Source of the DNA: Felis catus
Taxonomy: Eukaryota
Length of the DNA stretch: 64,000 nucleotides
Direction of reading: 5' to 3'
Assembly: GCF_018350175.1 (NCBI RefSeq)
Contig: NC_058368.1
Location: 176,578,001 to 176,642,000, forward strand
The notes beneath the pieces were generated by a model. It did not search any database, had not been told where the DNA came from, and saw only the letters and a program-made list of their open reading frames with translations. Positions 1 through 12,900 of this stretch are shown here, piece after piece (positions within the stretch are counted from its first letter, which is position 1; every line of letters begins with the position of its first letter). The position numbers were made by a program, and so were the translations under genes.

Positions 1-656
<656 letters not shown>

Positions 657-659
657 TAC

Positions 660-1000
660 AGATCACTGGGATGAGCTGGAGAGGGAAGTGGAGAGGGTGG
701 CATATAGATATTTTTAAGAAAATTTTGCTCTGAAGAGCAGAGAAATGAGAAAGTAGCTGGTGGAAGAGAGTGTCAAGGGCGTTTTTTTGTTTTGTTTTGT
801 TTTTAATGGAAACTACTGGACCTCTTTTGTGTGCTCATGGGAATAATCCTATGGCGAGAGAGAAAGTGAGGCTGGAGAAAGGGACAAATGATAGGAGCAA
901 TGTCCCCAAACAGGCAGGAGGATACAGGAACAGAGCTCTTTGAGTCTTGGCCACAGGAGGGCAGGCAGCAAGGCAGGGGTGTTGGGGTTTAACAAAAAAG
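660..1000 (-). mobile_element. L2 LINE fragment (ancient)
   Basis: Purine-rich L2-type phrases (gagcagagaaatgagaaagtagctgg...gggaataatcctatgg...gctggagaaaggg). Boundaries approximate. Confidence 0.45.
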
Positions 1001-1894
1001 GGTGTGAATGCCAGGTGTGTGGGCCACTGAACTCATGCTTTTCCAAGCAAAGAAGACTGAACCAGAGAGACAGACCTGTTGGACCCTGGCCAGTCCTGGA
1101 TGCGACCTCAGTTTCCATCTGCAATGTAAGGACCCTCACCCCTGTCTCATAGGCCTGTGGGGAAAGTTAATGGTAGATCTGTGGTATAACAGTGTGCTTG
1201 GCACTGTGCCTGGCACAGAGTAGACTTTCAGGAGTCCCTAATAGGATATGCCAGTGGCCACAGACTGAAGATCTCACCCCAGACTCGGAAAGGACAATCC
1301 TTCAGGCCACCTTGCCAGGCAAATGCCTTACTATTGGGGCAGGGAGGTGGGTGCTGGCCTGGACTCTTTGGAAAGAAAATATTAACTGTAAAAGCCAATT
1401 ACTTCGTGCTGTTCCCCAGTGAGGCTCTGGATGTAGCCACCTGCAGCCAGTCCCCCCTGCATGATGTGGAGTGCTCACAGGTCCCGTGCTGAGGCAACTC
1501 CCAGGGTCTTGAGCCCGACCCCCTTGCCTATCATGACCACTTATCAGCTGGGTGACCTTAGGCAAGTCCCTGCCTCTCTCTAGGCCTCAGTTTCCTCACT
1601 TGAAGCATGGGGTGGTACAGTTGATCTCTAGGCCCTGCATCTGGATCCATAAATGCAAGTCCTTGTCAAACACTTTGTTCATAACACTAATAAACAATAA
1701 ACACCAACTCTAGTACCACCAACTGTTAGGTGGCATTGGCCAAATTATCCATCCGTGCTGATCTGCAAATGGGGGGTGATGCTACTTCCTGCCTCATAGT
1801 GTTCTTATGAGGACTGGAAGATAACACCCAGGTAAAGCTGGCAGACGGGGCTCAAGGCTTTCAAGGGTAAATTACTCCCCTACAAGGCCTATAC

Positions 1895-2371
1895 AGAGCT
1901 GTTGTTTCTGGTTCCAGCACCCAGCTTTTCTTCTGAGGGAACTGCCTCACACCCACCTCCCACTTCCACAGATTACCTTGAGAAGGAGGCCTTAACTTGG
2001 CCACTCTATCCCATCCTTCTGGCCATGGAGAGCAAGGAGTCTAAACCTTGAACTTTAGCTAGACCTTTGGGAGAGCAGCTCTCCTGCTGGATTTATTAAT
2101 ATGATGGGACATGGTACTGAAGCTGCTGGTGTCTTGCCCCCCGCCCTCCGGTCCCCAAAGGAGAGCTCAGCTGAGAATGATGCTAACAAAGATGATAGGA
2201 GGGTAAGAAATAAAGGCAGGCCAGTATTTCAGGTGCTGTTCATTGGGTTCCTGCATCAAGCCAGGCTTACAGGCAGGTGTTCCCCTGCATTTTCAGTCAT
2301 GAGACATCTTGTTTTCCTTAAGCAAGATTGAACCGGTTTTTGCCACTTACAACTAAGATTTCTGACAACAC
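1895..2371 (+). mobile_element. ERVL-class solo LTR remnant (LTR16/MLT1-like)
   Basis: Characteristic 3' end ttttccttaagcaagattgaaccggtttttgccacttacaactaag...tgacaacaca, plus internal gaagctgctggtgtcttgcc and gagagctcagctgagaatgatgctaaca motifs. Confidence 0.5.
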
Positions 2372-3244
2372 AGCCTTCAATGCCATGGCTTTAGACTGAT
2401 GTTGCTTATTTGGTCTGCCACAGCCTTCCACCACTGGGCAGAGGAAGGACAAAGGGGCTGTGACAGTGACCACTACTGAGGTGTCTAAAAGAGGGACAGA
2501 GCTGCCTCAGGACAGCATGGGGCCTAATTCCAGAGCTCCAGGAAAGAGCTTCTCAGAGGAGCCAGGGGAGGGAGGGGGAAACCTGGCCAAACCTTCCTCT
2601 CATGGGTCTAAGAACTACTAAATTCACTTGTCACTTGCCTGGGCTCAGCCCCTTCTCTTTGGCTCGGAGGAGTAGAGAAATCACAGGTTCTCAGGATGGG
2701 ACTGCTCCAGATCTAGCAAGGCCATCCTGGTCTGTCCCCTGGGGAATTTTGGTAAACCCTAGGGCCACAATGCAGCCCTGTGGGAGAAGGCACTGCAGTG
2801 TAGTTTGCTTGGGGGTGGGGAGGGATGGGGGTAGCTGGTGGCACCTAGTCCATCAGTGTGGAAGCTGCTAGGGAACAAGGGACCAGATACACAGCAGCAC
2901 AGATAAATCTGAAAATGGGGCAAGTGGAAAAAAAAAAAGAGTAAGATTCTTAGTACAGTCCCATCCATATATACATATGAAACTATACGTGTTTTTTAAA
3001 GATACATCCAAGGGCTTATACTGAACACCAGAGTGGTGCCTATCTGGGCAGGGGATGGGGTGAACGGGAGTATAGAATGGCAGCTGGGCATGAAGCAGAA
3101 AAGAAACAAGAGAAGGGGCTTTCGTGGTCCGGTGATGACACCATGCCTTGAACTGGCACGTCTGAAGAACTCAGCTTGGCACCCAGCCGGGAAGAGGGAT
3201 AGGCACCAGTGCAAAGGGGACTCTTGTGATCACAACCAGAGCCT

Positions 3245-3372
3245 TAAGAAACCTAGATGCCTGGGGGCCACTCCCACACGTTCTGATTGAATTGGTCTGG
3301 TGCACGCTGATAGGTGGGGTTTTCAGAGTGCCCCTGGTGATCACCATGTGCGGCCACAGCTGAGAACCCCTG
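3245..3372. mobile_element. MER5-family hAT-Charlie MITE fragment
   Basis: gatgcctggggccactccc...ttctgattgaattggtctgg...cccctggtgatc...cagctgagaacccctg resembles MER5A. Confidence 0.6.
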
Positions 3373-3769
3373 AACCAAAGAGATGGATGCACCTGGGTTC
3401 TAATCCTGGCTCTGCCACTCACAAGCTTGGTTGTTTTAGGCAAGTCACTTCCCTTCTCTGAGTCCTGAATTCTTTATCTAAAAGGACTAAATCACCCTGT
3501 CTTGAGGAAAGAGAATGTCAAGAGAGTAGGCACACCAGGGTCTGGTCACATAGATGTAGCTTTCTCTGCTGCAGTTGGACCCTCCCCGCCCCCCCCCCCC
3601 CCCCAATCCTTGCAGGAAGAAGGTGGGCTAGGAACATAATTCCATCAAGTAAGAGAACTATGTGAAGCCTTATGAAGGTTTTTATTTCTCAGACTTCACT
3701 TTAGGTCAAGTTCCAGGGCAAATAAAGGGTCCCCCTACCTCACAAGACCGGGAGGATGCTTCTCAGATG

Positions 3770-3941
3770 AGGGCTGCCAGATAAAATACAGGATGCCCAG
3801 GGACATTCAAATTGCAGAAAAACATTCTTTAAGTATGTCCCAAATATTGCACGGGACATACTTGCACTAAAAAATTATTGTTCTGAAATTCAAATGTAAT
3901 GAGGTGTTCTGTATTTTTATTTGCTCAATTTGACAACCTTA
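3770..3941. mobile_element. MER53 palindromic hAT MITE
   Basis: Termini agggctgccagataaaatacaggatgccca ... gtgttctgtatttttatttgctcaatttgacaacctta. Central inverted repeat aagtatgtccc (3831-3841) / gggacatactt (3853-3863). Matches the MER53 consensus as recalled. Confidence 0.8.
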
Positions 3942-5254
3942 CTCAATGACACTTTCATTTGTTGGTTTTCAATCTTGTGAGGGAGGGGTGAGGGGATCTC
4001 TATTCTGGAGTTTTACAGCTGACAGTCTCTAAAGGAACTATGTCACCTCCTTATTCCTTGTGAGGAAAAGGAAATCAGAGAGTTCTGGATTACACAAACA
4101 CTGGCTCCCTTGTGTTTATCTACTTGTTACCTTAGACACCACCATTAGAAAGCCCAGTTCGCCCAAGAATTGGGAGAGGGAGATCCCATTTATGGTGGAA
4201 TTTCTGTGGTTCTCATGTTGCCTTTCCTCATGTACCTGTTGCCTGAGCTCAAGCCATAAAAAATCATGAAAGCTTAGCTTATTTTCATTATAACTTTTTT
4301 TTTTCTGATCATGAGTCATTGGTAACTTTGGTGGGGGGGCGGGGAATCACCCATAATCCCTTTACCCAGATGTACCCAATGTCAATGTGCTCTTCCCCTG
4401 GGAAGGAAACATTCAGCCTTGATCACATGCCAGAAACTTCCCCATTATCTCCTATAACCTTCCGAAAGAAAAAGAACTTTATTTCCCTTTCTGATTGTAA
4501 AAGCACCATAAGCTCTTCACACACGTATATATGTATTTTTAAAGGTAACTCATAGAGGTATAAAGACATGAAATCCACCTGGACTCCTATCACTCAGAGA
4601 TGGAATTCCTTTGAATCTCACTTGTGAACCTGGTCCTGGGGCACCTGTACTACAGGTGCTTCCTATCAACCAGCACATCTCAGGCCCTACCTGAAGATAA
4701 GGAAACTGACTCACGTCTGCCACGTTATACCAGTGTTCCAGGGGGGCTCTCTCCTTTTCCTCCATGGGGCTTGAGGCATTGGAGGGGCTTAATAAAAGTT
4801 TGCTAGGCGAATGGGGGAAGAGTCCATGACTCCTCACAGGTTTATTCAGATTCACTAAGTCACCAAAGGCTGCTTCCAGTTTGTATTTTCAAAAAACCCC
4901 AAGCCATTTGCATTGGTTATGGGGTGGCTGCGATTTCTTGGCTGTTACCTCAACACATGGGCTATGTGAGGGAGCAGGTGAATGAGGAGTGATTGTTTCT
5001 CTGCTCTGTAGGAATAAAAAACTCCAAAAAAGAGTGACACATCTAGGAGGCTTTAGAAATCTACGTCTCCTGGAGGTGAAATGCAGAACCTTCCATGGAA
5101 AAGAGTGTGGGGGAATATGGTTAAAATGCCCAAGTAAGGTCCCAGCTTACAGGGTGGTTAGCTATTCAGTCTGGTCTGCCTAAGCATGAAATTCAGACAT
5201 GTGCTTCCTCCTACATGCAAATGGGCAGAGATTCTGATTTCTTAGATGTTATTT

Positions 5255-5455
5255 CTTAAGTATCTTCTATGTGCCAGGCACTGTGCTGTATCCCTTTCAT
5301 ATATCGTGTCACCCTGCCAACAATGCCATGAGGTGGTGCTACCATGAACCCATTTTATGGATGAAACTGAGGTACATAGAGGTTCAGTCACTTGGCCAAG
5401 CCCACACAGCTGGCAAGTTGAGAGCCAGGTATAAAACAGAGGTCTGTGTGACTCC
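5255..5455 (-). mobile_element. MIR SINE
   Basis: MIR core cccattttatggatgaaactgaggtacatagaggttcagtcacttggccaagcccacacagct. Confidence 0.75.
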
Positions 5456-5468
5456 CAACCCTCTCCTC

Positions 5469-5687
5469 TTTTTTTTTTTTCCTTTAAGGAAAATTAATTT
5501 ATTTTGAGAGAGAGAAAGAGCGCTCATGCACACACAAGCAGGTGAAGAGCAGAGAGAGAGAGAATCCCAAGCAGACTCCTCGCTATCAGCAGAGTCCGAT
5601 GTGGGGCTTCATCTCACGAACCATGAGATCATGGCCTGAGCTGAAATCAATGGTCAGACACAACCAACTGAGCCACCCAGGCACCCC
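5469..5687 (-). mobile_element. CAN-SINE (older carnivore SINEC)
   Basis: Reverse of ggggtgcctgggtggctcagttggttg..., with (GA)n and a T-rich tail. Imperfect TSD caaccctctcct (5456-5467) / caaccctatcct (5689-5700). Confidence 0.9.
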
Positions 5688-5849
5688 TCAACCCTATCCT
5701 CAGAAGTTCTGCTGCCTTCCTCCTTCTTTGGAAGGAGGGCACAGCCGGGATGCATGCATTTTCCCTCCTTGCCCAGTGGTGGTATGGGTGGCAGTGGTGG
5801 CCAAGGAGCCCGGGCTGGAGTGTTCGTTCCTTCAAGGTGCAAGGCAGAA

Positions 5850-6200
5850 AACCCAGAAACAGCCCAGACGTTCAGATATACCAACCAGGGTACATCTATA
5901 CCACAGAATACTACTCAGCACTTAAAAAGGAACAAACTACTGATTTACATGGCAACAACATAGATGATTCTCAAAAATACTGTGCTTTGATGAAGAAGCC
6001 AGGTAGAAATGCATGTATACTGTATGATCCCATTTATACGAAGTTCCAGAATAAGTGCAACTAATCTGTGGTAAAAAATCAGAACACAGGCTGCTTCCAA
6101 AAGAGGGGAACTTTCTTGGGTTACGAGCAGGTGTATAAGTCTCTCAAAACTCAAACTTGAGATCTGTGTATTCCCTGCAAGTAAATGACACATAGGGCTA
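5850..6200 (+). mobile_element. Old L1 (L1M-type) 3' UTR fragment
   Basis: gaatactactcagcacttaaaaaggaacaaactactg...gatgattctcaaaaa...gaagccag...tactgtatgatcccatttata are typical L1MC/ME 3' motifs. Confidence 0.75.
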
Positions 6201-6299
6201 CGTCCAGATTCTCTGAGCAAACTGATCTCCCTTTACTGCCCCAGAAATCCAGGCTGGGCTGGCTCACATGTAACCTGTGAGTTCAAGAGCTAAGGTCAC

Positions 6300-6488
6300 A
6301 AATAGCAGGTCAGTGGTCTCCAGGGGCTAGAGGTAGGGGAGAATGAGGATCTGGGTCTCCTTTGGGGTGATGAAAATGTTTTGGAACTAGAGGTGATGGT
6401 TACCAACTGAATGCCACTGAATTGTGCACTTTAAAATGGTTACTTTGACATTATGTGACTTTTAAATCATTTTAAAAGAAAAAAAAAA
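6300..6488 (+). mobile_element. L1MB-type 3' end with poly(A)
   Basis: tttggggtgatgaaaatgttttggaactagaggtgatggt...aatgccactgaattgtgcactttaaaatggtt, followed by an A-tail. Confidence 0.75.
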
Positions 6489-6849
6489 GTTTCAAGGTAA
6501 GGGTTTCTACGCCCAGGAATTCTCACCACCAGATTTCAGCATTAGTGGCTGCCTCCTCTGTTAGAGTCAGGCCTAGCCTGTCTTGTCTGCCTGCCTCCCC
6601 GGTGGACCTTGAGCCCCTGGCAGTGGGCACTGTAGATGTGCGAGGACTGGGCCGTAAATTTGATTGCTGAGTAAGTGGATGTGTTAATGACTGAATGCAT
6701 GAGTGAGCGAGCAAACACATGCATAAGTGAGTGAATGACTGAGTGAGCAAATGAACAGGGAGAGAAGGAATTAGCAAAGGAATGGGTAAAAAAAAAAAAA
6801 ATGAGTAAATGCGTAAGTACCTGATGAAGGGGTCTGAATGAACCTGGGC

Positions 6850-7035
6850 CAGGACATGGACTCTGGACCCAACCCGTGTGGGTTCCAGTCCTGGCTTTGC
6901 AACTCAAGTTATTTAACCTCTCCGTGCCTCAGTTTTCCCATCTGTAAAATGAGGATGGTGGGTTGTGGTAAAAAAATAAAAAATAAAAAAAATAAGAGTG
7001 AAAATGCGGCAACTGCTTAGAACAAGGCTTGGCAA
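6850..7035 (+). mobile_element. MIR SINE just downstream of the exon 2 donor
   Basis: gggttccagtcctggctttgc...caagttatttaacctctccgtgcctcagttttcccatctgtaaaatgaggat. Confidence 0.75.
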
Positions 7036-7118
7036 AGTAAGCCCTTCGTGTTTGTGAGTATGAAAGAAATACACATCCATGCACACAGAATTACTGCTTG
7101 GTCCAGACCGTGACCTAC

Positions 7119-7664
7119 CGAGGAGCTGCACCTCATCCGTGATGCCATAGACGTCGATGAGCGCCCAGAGCGGGCCGCCCACGGCCACGCCACAGTGGAA
7201 GAGCACCGGCTCGCCGTCGTTGACGCTGTAGAACACGCGGCCGTGACGGTCTGCCCAGTAGGCCAGCACGGTGTCACGCAGCGCCAGGTTCTCGGGCAGC
7301 GCCTTGGCCCAGTAGCCAGGTCGCGTGACAAGGTCGGGGCAGGCGTACTTGGGGATGTCCTGGGCGCTCATGAGCGACGGGTCGTGCGCCGTGAAGCCAA
7401 AGCGCAGTGCACCGCTCCAACCCGGGCGTACTGCCACCAGGCGCAGCCGCACCTGCTCGTACAGTCGGATGGGCCGCTGCGTGAACGTGACGCCGTTGCA
7501 GAAGCTGTTACGCCGGGTGGCCCGCCGCGAGTGGCCATCTAGTCGCACGTTCTTGCCCTTGGCCTGCGCGTGGAAGCGGGGCGCTTCGCCTAGGACCGGG
7601 CGCCGTTCCGGCCCTGGGCCACAGCATGGGCGGGTGGCCAGGAGGCGTGCCGGCGGGCTCGGGT
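7119..7664 (-). CDS. NEURL1B: NEURL1B coding exon 2, first neuralized homology repeat (NHR1/NEUZ) domain
   Basis: Acceptor ctgtctcttcccgcAG (AG at 7666-7665) and donor G|GTAGGT (GT at 7118-7117); 546 nt, phase 1-1. Translation includes PRFHAQAKGKNVRLDGHSRRATRRNSFCNGVTFTQRPIRLYEQVRLRL...GWSGALRFGFTAHDPS...PKYACPDLVTRPGYWAKALPE...PLWALIDVYGITDEVQLL, a typical NHR domain. The exon is CpG-rich with GC3 bias. Confidence 0.97.
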
Positions 7665-7869
7665 CTGCGGGAAGAGACAGGCAGCAGGGTTAGGGCCTCT
7701 CAGAACTTTCACGGCCCCAATTCGACTTTTAATAATCATTGCCATTTTAAAGTCTATCTTCATCAGACTGGTAATTGATAAACTTTGGGAAGGTTCCAGC
7801 TACCGCCAGCCTACCTATGACTATCACACAATGTCACAATACCCACTCCACAGATGAGCAAACCGAGGC

Positions 7870-7872
<3 letters not shown>

Positions 7873-7916
<44 letters not shown>
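7873..7916. repeat. (GT)22 microsatellite
   Basis: Perfect dinucleotide run read directly. Confidence 0.97.
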
Positions 7917-7918
<2 letters not shown>

Positions 7919-9194
7919 TGAAAACCTTTTCAGAGCTGTTTCATTCCCAGTAGGGCCAACACCAATGAATTTGTCACAACAACCAGGCTGGGGTCAAGTG
8001 ACTTCTCTGTCCCTATCAAATCTCCAAATCTAGACGCTTCCTCCAAGGGCCACTTTTGGGCTGTAGAGTCCTTCCAAAGGCAACTGGGGCCTTGGGTTCT
8101 TAGGGGAGTAGTGGGGGTCTGGCTGATTTTCTCTGTGCAAATTTTGTTCAAAAGCAAGGCAGAAAAGGCAATAGAAAGAAGGCAGTCTTGGGGTCATTCC
8201 CCTGACAATAGAATAAAAGGCAATATAGAGTGCAGCCTGGAATCCCAGCTCTCTAAGCACTTCCTGGCTGTGTGACATGCACTAGATCTTGTCACTTCTT
8301 TAGCCTGTTTCCTTGCCTGTAAAATGGGAACATTGTTTAACCCACACAGCTGCTAAAAGGTCATGAGGATGAAGTTCCTAGAATACTGCCTGGCACAGTG
8401 TGATAACATGATCAGAATACTGAGGTTCCAAAGGAAACCCAAGCCAGGATGCTGTGACTTCCCCTCCCATTTACCCACAGAAAATGAAGGCATTCTTTAT
8501 AAACAAGGTTAGCTTTTCTAGAACATGCCCCTTTCAAGATTCATCTCTAAGGGAATTTTGCCCAGAGGACCTGGAGAATCTTGGGAAGGTCTCTTTTCAA
8601 AGGAGCTGGTTGCTGGCCACAGACCCAGGTGGCTTAGTATTGAGGTGGGAAGCTTCATCCCTCCCACCTGTCCTCCATCCCAGGGGCAGTTCCTGCGAGG
8701 CTCTGGAAGCCTGGGAGATGGTGGGGTGGGTAATTACTGCACGAGTCTCTGCTTCTCATTCACAACAGCAGCTGAGTACAATTTTCATGGCAAGTGCTTA
8801 TAAATTGCAGGCAACCCCTAGCACACAATGGTCTGTAGACGTGGGAGAAGAACAGCCTTCCGGGGAACGAGAATCCACTGCAGGGACTAGTCGTCCCACA
8901 CCCACCCACAGGGTTCACTGTGCTCTGGGCACGTCACTGGGCTTTCATTAATGCTGAGCCTAGTGGGAGTGAGGACTGGGGAAAATGAAGAGGGAGAGGC
9001 GATGATGAGGCAGGCAAGCCGTGGCTCCCCTCCCCAAGCCTGTGGGGAGGGACGCCCCAGTCACGGAGGTAGACAGCCATGCTGGGAAGCTGGAGGCCCC
9101 CCTCCAAACAGAAGCCACAGATCCACAGAAGAAAGTATAAGAAATGAAGCCAAGGTCCTGCATAAGAAAAAAAAAAAAAAACTTAAGGGACTTA

Positions 9195-9950
9195 AATCAT
9201 TCATTCAACAAATGTTCAGTGAGCACCTCGTATATGCTAGGCACTGGGAATACAACCAGTTACCAAGGGGGATGAGGCTCCCGCTCTGATGGAATGGGCA
9301 TTCCGGGGGTGGGGGGGAAGCAAAGTTAGGCAACAAGGAAAACCTCTACCTGGTGGGAGGCATTACAGAGAAAAACGTAGCCAAAGAAGCAGGGAAGAAC
9401 GAAGCATTAGCACTTCCACGGAGGGCCTCTTTGATGAGTGACTTCTGAGTCGAGGCGAAGGGAGTGAGCCACGAGGGTATCTCGTTCCAGGCAGGAAGAG
9501 CGCTCCAGGCAGGGGTAACGACAAGTGCAAAGACCCCGAGGTGGGAATGTGCTGGCGTGGCTGAGAAACAGCAAGGAAGCCAGCTGGGAGGGTGTGAGCA
9601 AGCAGGGGAGGTGGAAGCAAGTGAGAGCAGAGCTGGAGCCGCGAGGGGGTGGCAGGTGGGGAGGAGATCCCATGGTTGCTGCTTGTTTCTTCCTTAACTA
9701 ATTTACTCCGAGGGAGAGGGACATTACTGGAGGTTTAGAGCAGAGAGGTGAGACTGCTAGGCTGTTGTGTGGAGAGGGGACTGCTCGAGGGGGCGGGCAA
9801 GGAAGCTGGGGAGGACAAAGGCTACTGGATTATTCCAGGCAGAGATGATGATGGCTGACATCGGGAGGTGGGGAGGACCTGTAAAGGTGGTGAGAAGGGA
9901 TCAGATCTGGTCCTAGAGATTTGGAGTTTTGAGGTTTTAATGAGCCATTC
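9195..9950 (-). mobile_element. L2 LINE 3' portion
   Basis: tcattcattcaacaaatgttcagtgagcacc...ctaggcactggg (L2 3' end, reversed), plus gttccaggcagg...caagtgcaaagaccccgagg...cagcaaggaagccag. Confidence 0.75.
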
Positions 9951-12900
9951 AATACACTTGCCTTGGGTGTATAAAATATATGCAATAAATAAGACAAATA
10001 ATGGATACTTAAAGGGGAGGCGGAGAGGTGGTAAGGAGGGAGAGGAAGACACCAGTGCTGGATCCTGGAGGGTGGGGGCTTTTCCATTTCATCTTTGATT
10101 CCCCCATGCTCAGCAGAGGCCTGACACTTACCAGGCACCTGATAAATGCCAACTGTTGCCTCTCTTAGAGCTAGAGCAGACCTCAGAAATCATCTCTGAG
10201 AGGCCCATTTTACGGGTGGGGAAATGGGCCCAAAGAGGGAGAGGGGCCTGCCAAGTTGAAGTTCAGTAGGGGTTTGGGCAGGCCACCTCTGATAAAGGAC
10301 ACAATGTCACAGTTACTTCCACCCGAGGAGGATAAGGAGAGCCCTCTTTTGCTTATAAGCCGGGTTGGCTTGGTTTCTCCTATTTGCAGCCCAAACTTCC
10401 TTGATTGATAGGAATTCCTCCGTAACCTTGAATGACACATGAAGGAAAGGGAGCCACGCAGGGCTTTCGGCAGAGCAGGCCAGCACGGCCTGCCAGGGAG
10501 GGGCCCCCAAGGCAGTGGGGAGGGTGAACCCAGAGCCAGACTGTGGGTCATCTCCAGAACCACAAGGATAAGAGCAAGGGCCCACTGGAGAGCTTTTTGG
10601 AAGACAAAAATGAGCTAAGGGAAGTACCAGGTGTAAACCGTCAGGAGAGGCAGCTCGGGGACCACAGAGCCTGCGTCCCCATGCATGCCGTAGCCTTGTG
10701 CGAGCCGCTCAGCTGCTCTGGGTTGCAGCTTCCTCCAGTGCCCACAGGCCGAATTCTCCCCAAGGTCCCCACAGCTGGCAAACACTCCAGGAAACATTAA
10801 ATAGGACCACAGATCAAAAGCCCTTCTGAGCACCAAAGACCACAAGCCACTGTGATGTGATTATTTTTCTCGCCCCTGCCATCGCTGTTGTTTTCCCAGC
10901 CTTGTCTCTCAATCCGAGAGTTTCTTCGCAAAACAGCTTGGGAATCCTTACATAGATAATCCGTCAGAGGGGCCTGGCGGTTGAAATGAACGCTGGCTGG
11001 GGAGACACAGAAGGGGAGGTTTCCTGTAAAACCAACTATATGTTAGGACAAAATCTAGCCAAGTGACCAGCGGAGTTTACAGACTCGTTTAGGCTTGATT
11101 AAATGATCCAGCTTCCTTCAGGGAGTGAGGGATAAACACAGTTTCTACCCCCTCAGAGGCCAGCGCCCTGACGTGAGGCAAAAAGACCAGACTGCAAAAG
11201 TGTCTAAAGAGGATGTGTTATTTATGCAAATAGAAAATGCTTAAGGTGAAAGAACAGTAATGAGCAATCTCCAAATTGTACACCAACGTCTGCTTTTAGC
11301 TTGGCTCGGGGAAAGTGGCTTCTCCAAGAAAGAGAAAAAATGTCAGTGTGGATGGACCCCAGGGGCCCTGCAGAACATCCTAGTTCAGAGAGGTCGACGG
11401 AAAAACTGAAGTTTATGGCTTAAATTACTGCAGTAAACACCACAGCCACATTATGGAAAGTTTGGCAAGGATGAGAAAAATCCCTCCCTTCTCCCTGCCT
11501 TCACACCCTAACTCCCACGGCATTTTTCATTGGCCCTGCCCGGCCCCTATCCACGTAAGGACCATTGGCTGTGCCCTCGCTGTGTGCTGTGGCCTGGGCC
11601 AGATGTTCTCCATTTGGGGTTGTGGCTAATTCTCCAAATGAATCTTCACCTGCAGAACTGTGGAGGTGAAAAACAAAGCTCCAGGCAGTGGAGACACTTC
11701 CCTTGGCTGCAAGAAGCAGTGTTGAGACGTAAACCCAGCAATGTCTGACTCCAAACCAGCGTTCCTTCCTCCCGTCCCAGCTTTCTTCCATAAGCGGTGC
11801 GGAAGTACTGAGCACCTTTTCCAAGTTCGTTGCAATCAGAGCCCCCAGCCAGTTTTGCTTCCTGCCTTCTCTTTTCTAACTCAGCATTACATAAAAAGCA
11901 TTCCTCCCCCCCTCCCCCCCCCCATGGCTCTTGAGCATTCACAGTGCTTGTGTTTCGTGGCTGCAGAATATTCCATCGAGGGCCAAGATGTCCCCCACCG
12001 TTCCCCTCCTGGGGATCACTTCAGCTGTTCCCCCAAATGGCTGAGTCTATGGGCACAGAGGTTCCTAGCTGCCAGGACCATATTCAAATGGGCACGCTGT
12101 AACTGGTGAGAAAACCTTCTGCCAGGACGAGGCCCCATGCCCCCTTCCTTCCATGGAAGGATGAGTACCCGCCGGCTTGTGAGGGGGGCCACCTATGGCC
12201 AGTGAGCCCCCTCTTCTTCTGGCCAGGAATCAGACCTGGGGACTCTAAGGACAAGGCAGGGCAGAGGGAGTCTTGCGAAGTAGGAGCCCAGGAGACCTCT
12301 GCAGCAGCCCATCCCGGGCGTAGGAGGGAGCAGGAAACAGTCCTGGCCCAGCCTCACAGTTGACCAAAGGCTGCTCCAGCCCCGCCAAGGTCAGAGGGGA
12401 GGGTCTTTCCAGCGTTTCATCAAGGAAGCAATGCCTGGACTTTAAACGCATGGGCCAGAGATTTGGGTGTGGGGTGAGCACTGAGTGGCTGTGGATGGTT
12501 AGGGAGGACGGGACTCCATTCTGATGAAATGTTGCAACCCCCCAGCCTTGCATGAGTCCTTTGGTGAGACAGGTGGACAGAAGAGCAGTTCTGGTGGTGG
12601 CTCTGTGGTCCTCCCGCATCAGTGCCTTAGAACACCCCTCCTGGGCTCTGAGTTCGAGCCTGTGCTTTGCTGCTCGTTTGCCTTGGGTCCCTGGGCAGTC
12701 AGGTCACTTCCCAGGGCTGCAAGTTTTCATCTGGAATGGTGTGTGATCTTAGACCCCTGTCTTGGGCTGCTGAGGGGCCATGAGAGCACAGAGAGAGCCT
12801 GGCACAAATCCTGGCACACAGTAGATGATCACTAAACATTTCCTTCCCAGTGGGAGGCAGCAGACCCAACTCGTAGGTGAGCCCTCACCTCCAGCTCTCC

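Noticed and set aside
6913..7548. 211-aa ORF called as a stand-alone gene
   Set aside because: It is part of NEURL1B exon 2 entered at an internal GTG and read through the 7118 donor into intron/MIR sequence; the tail (GRSRSG...HFTDGKTEARRG) is translated MIR.
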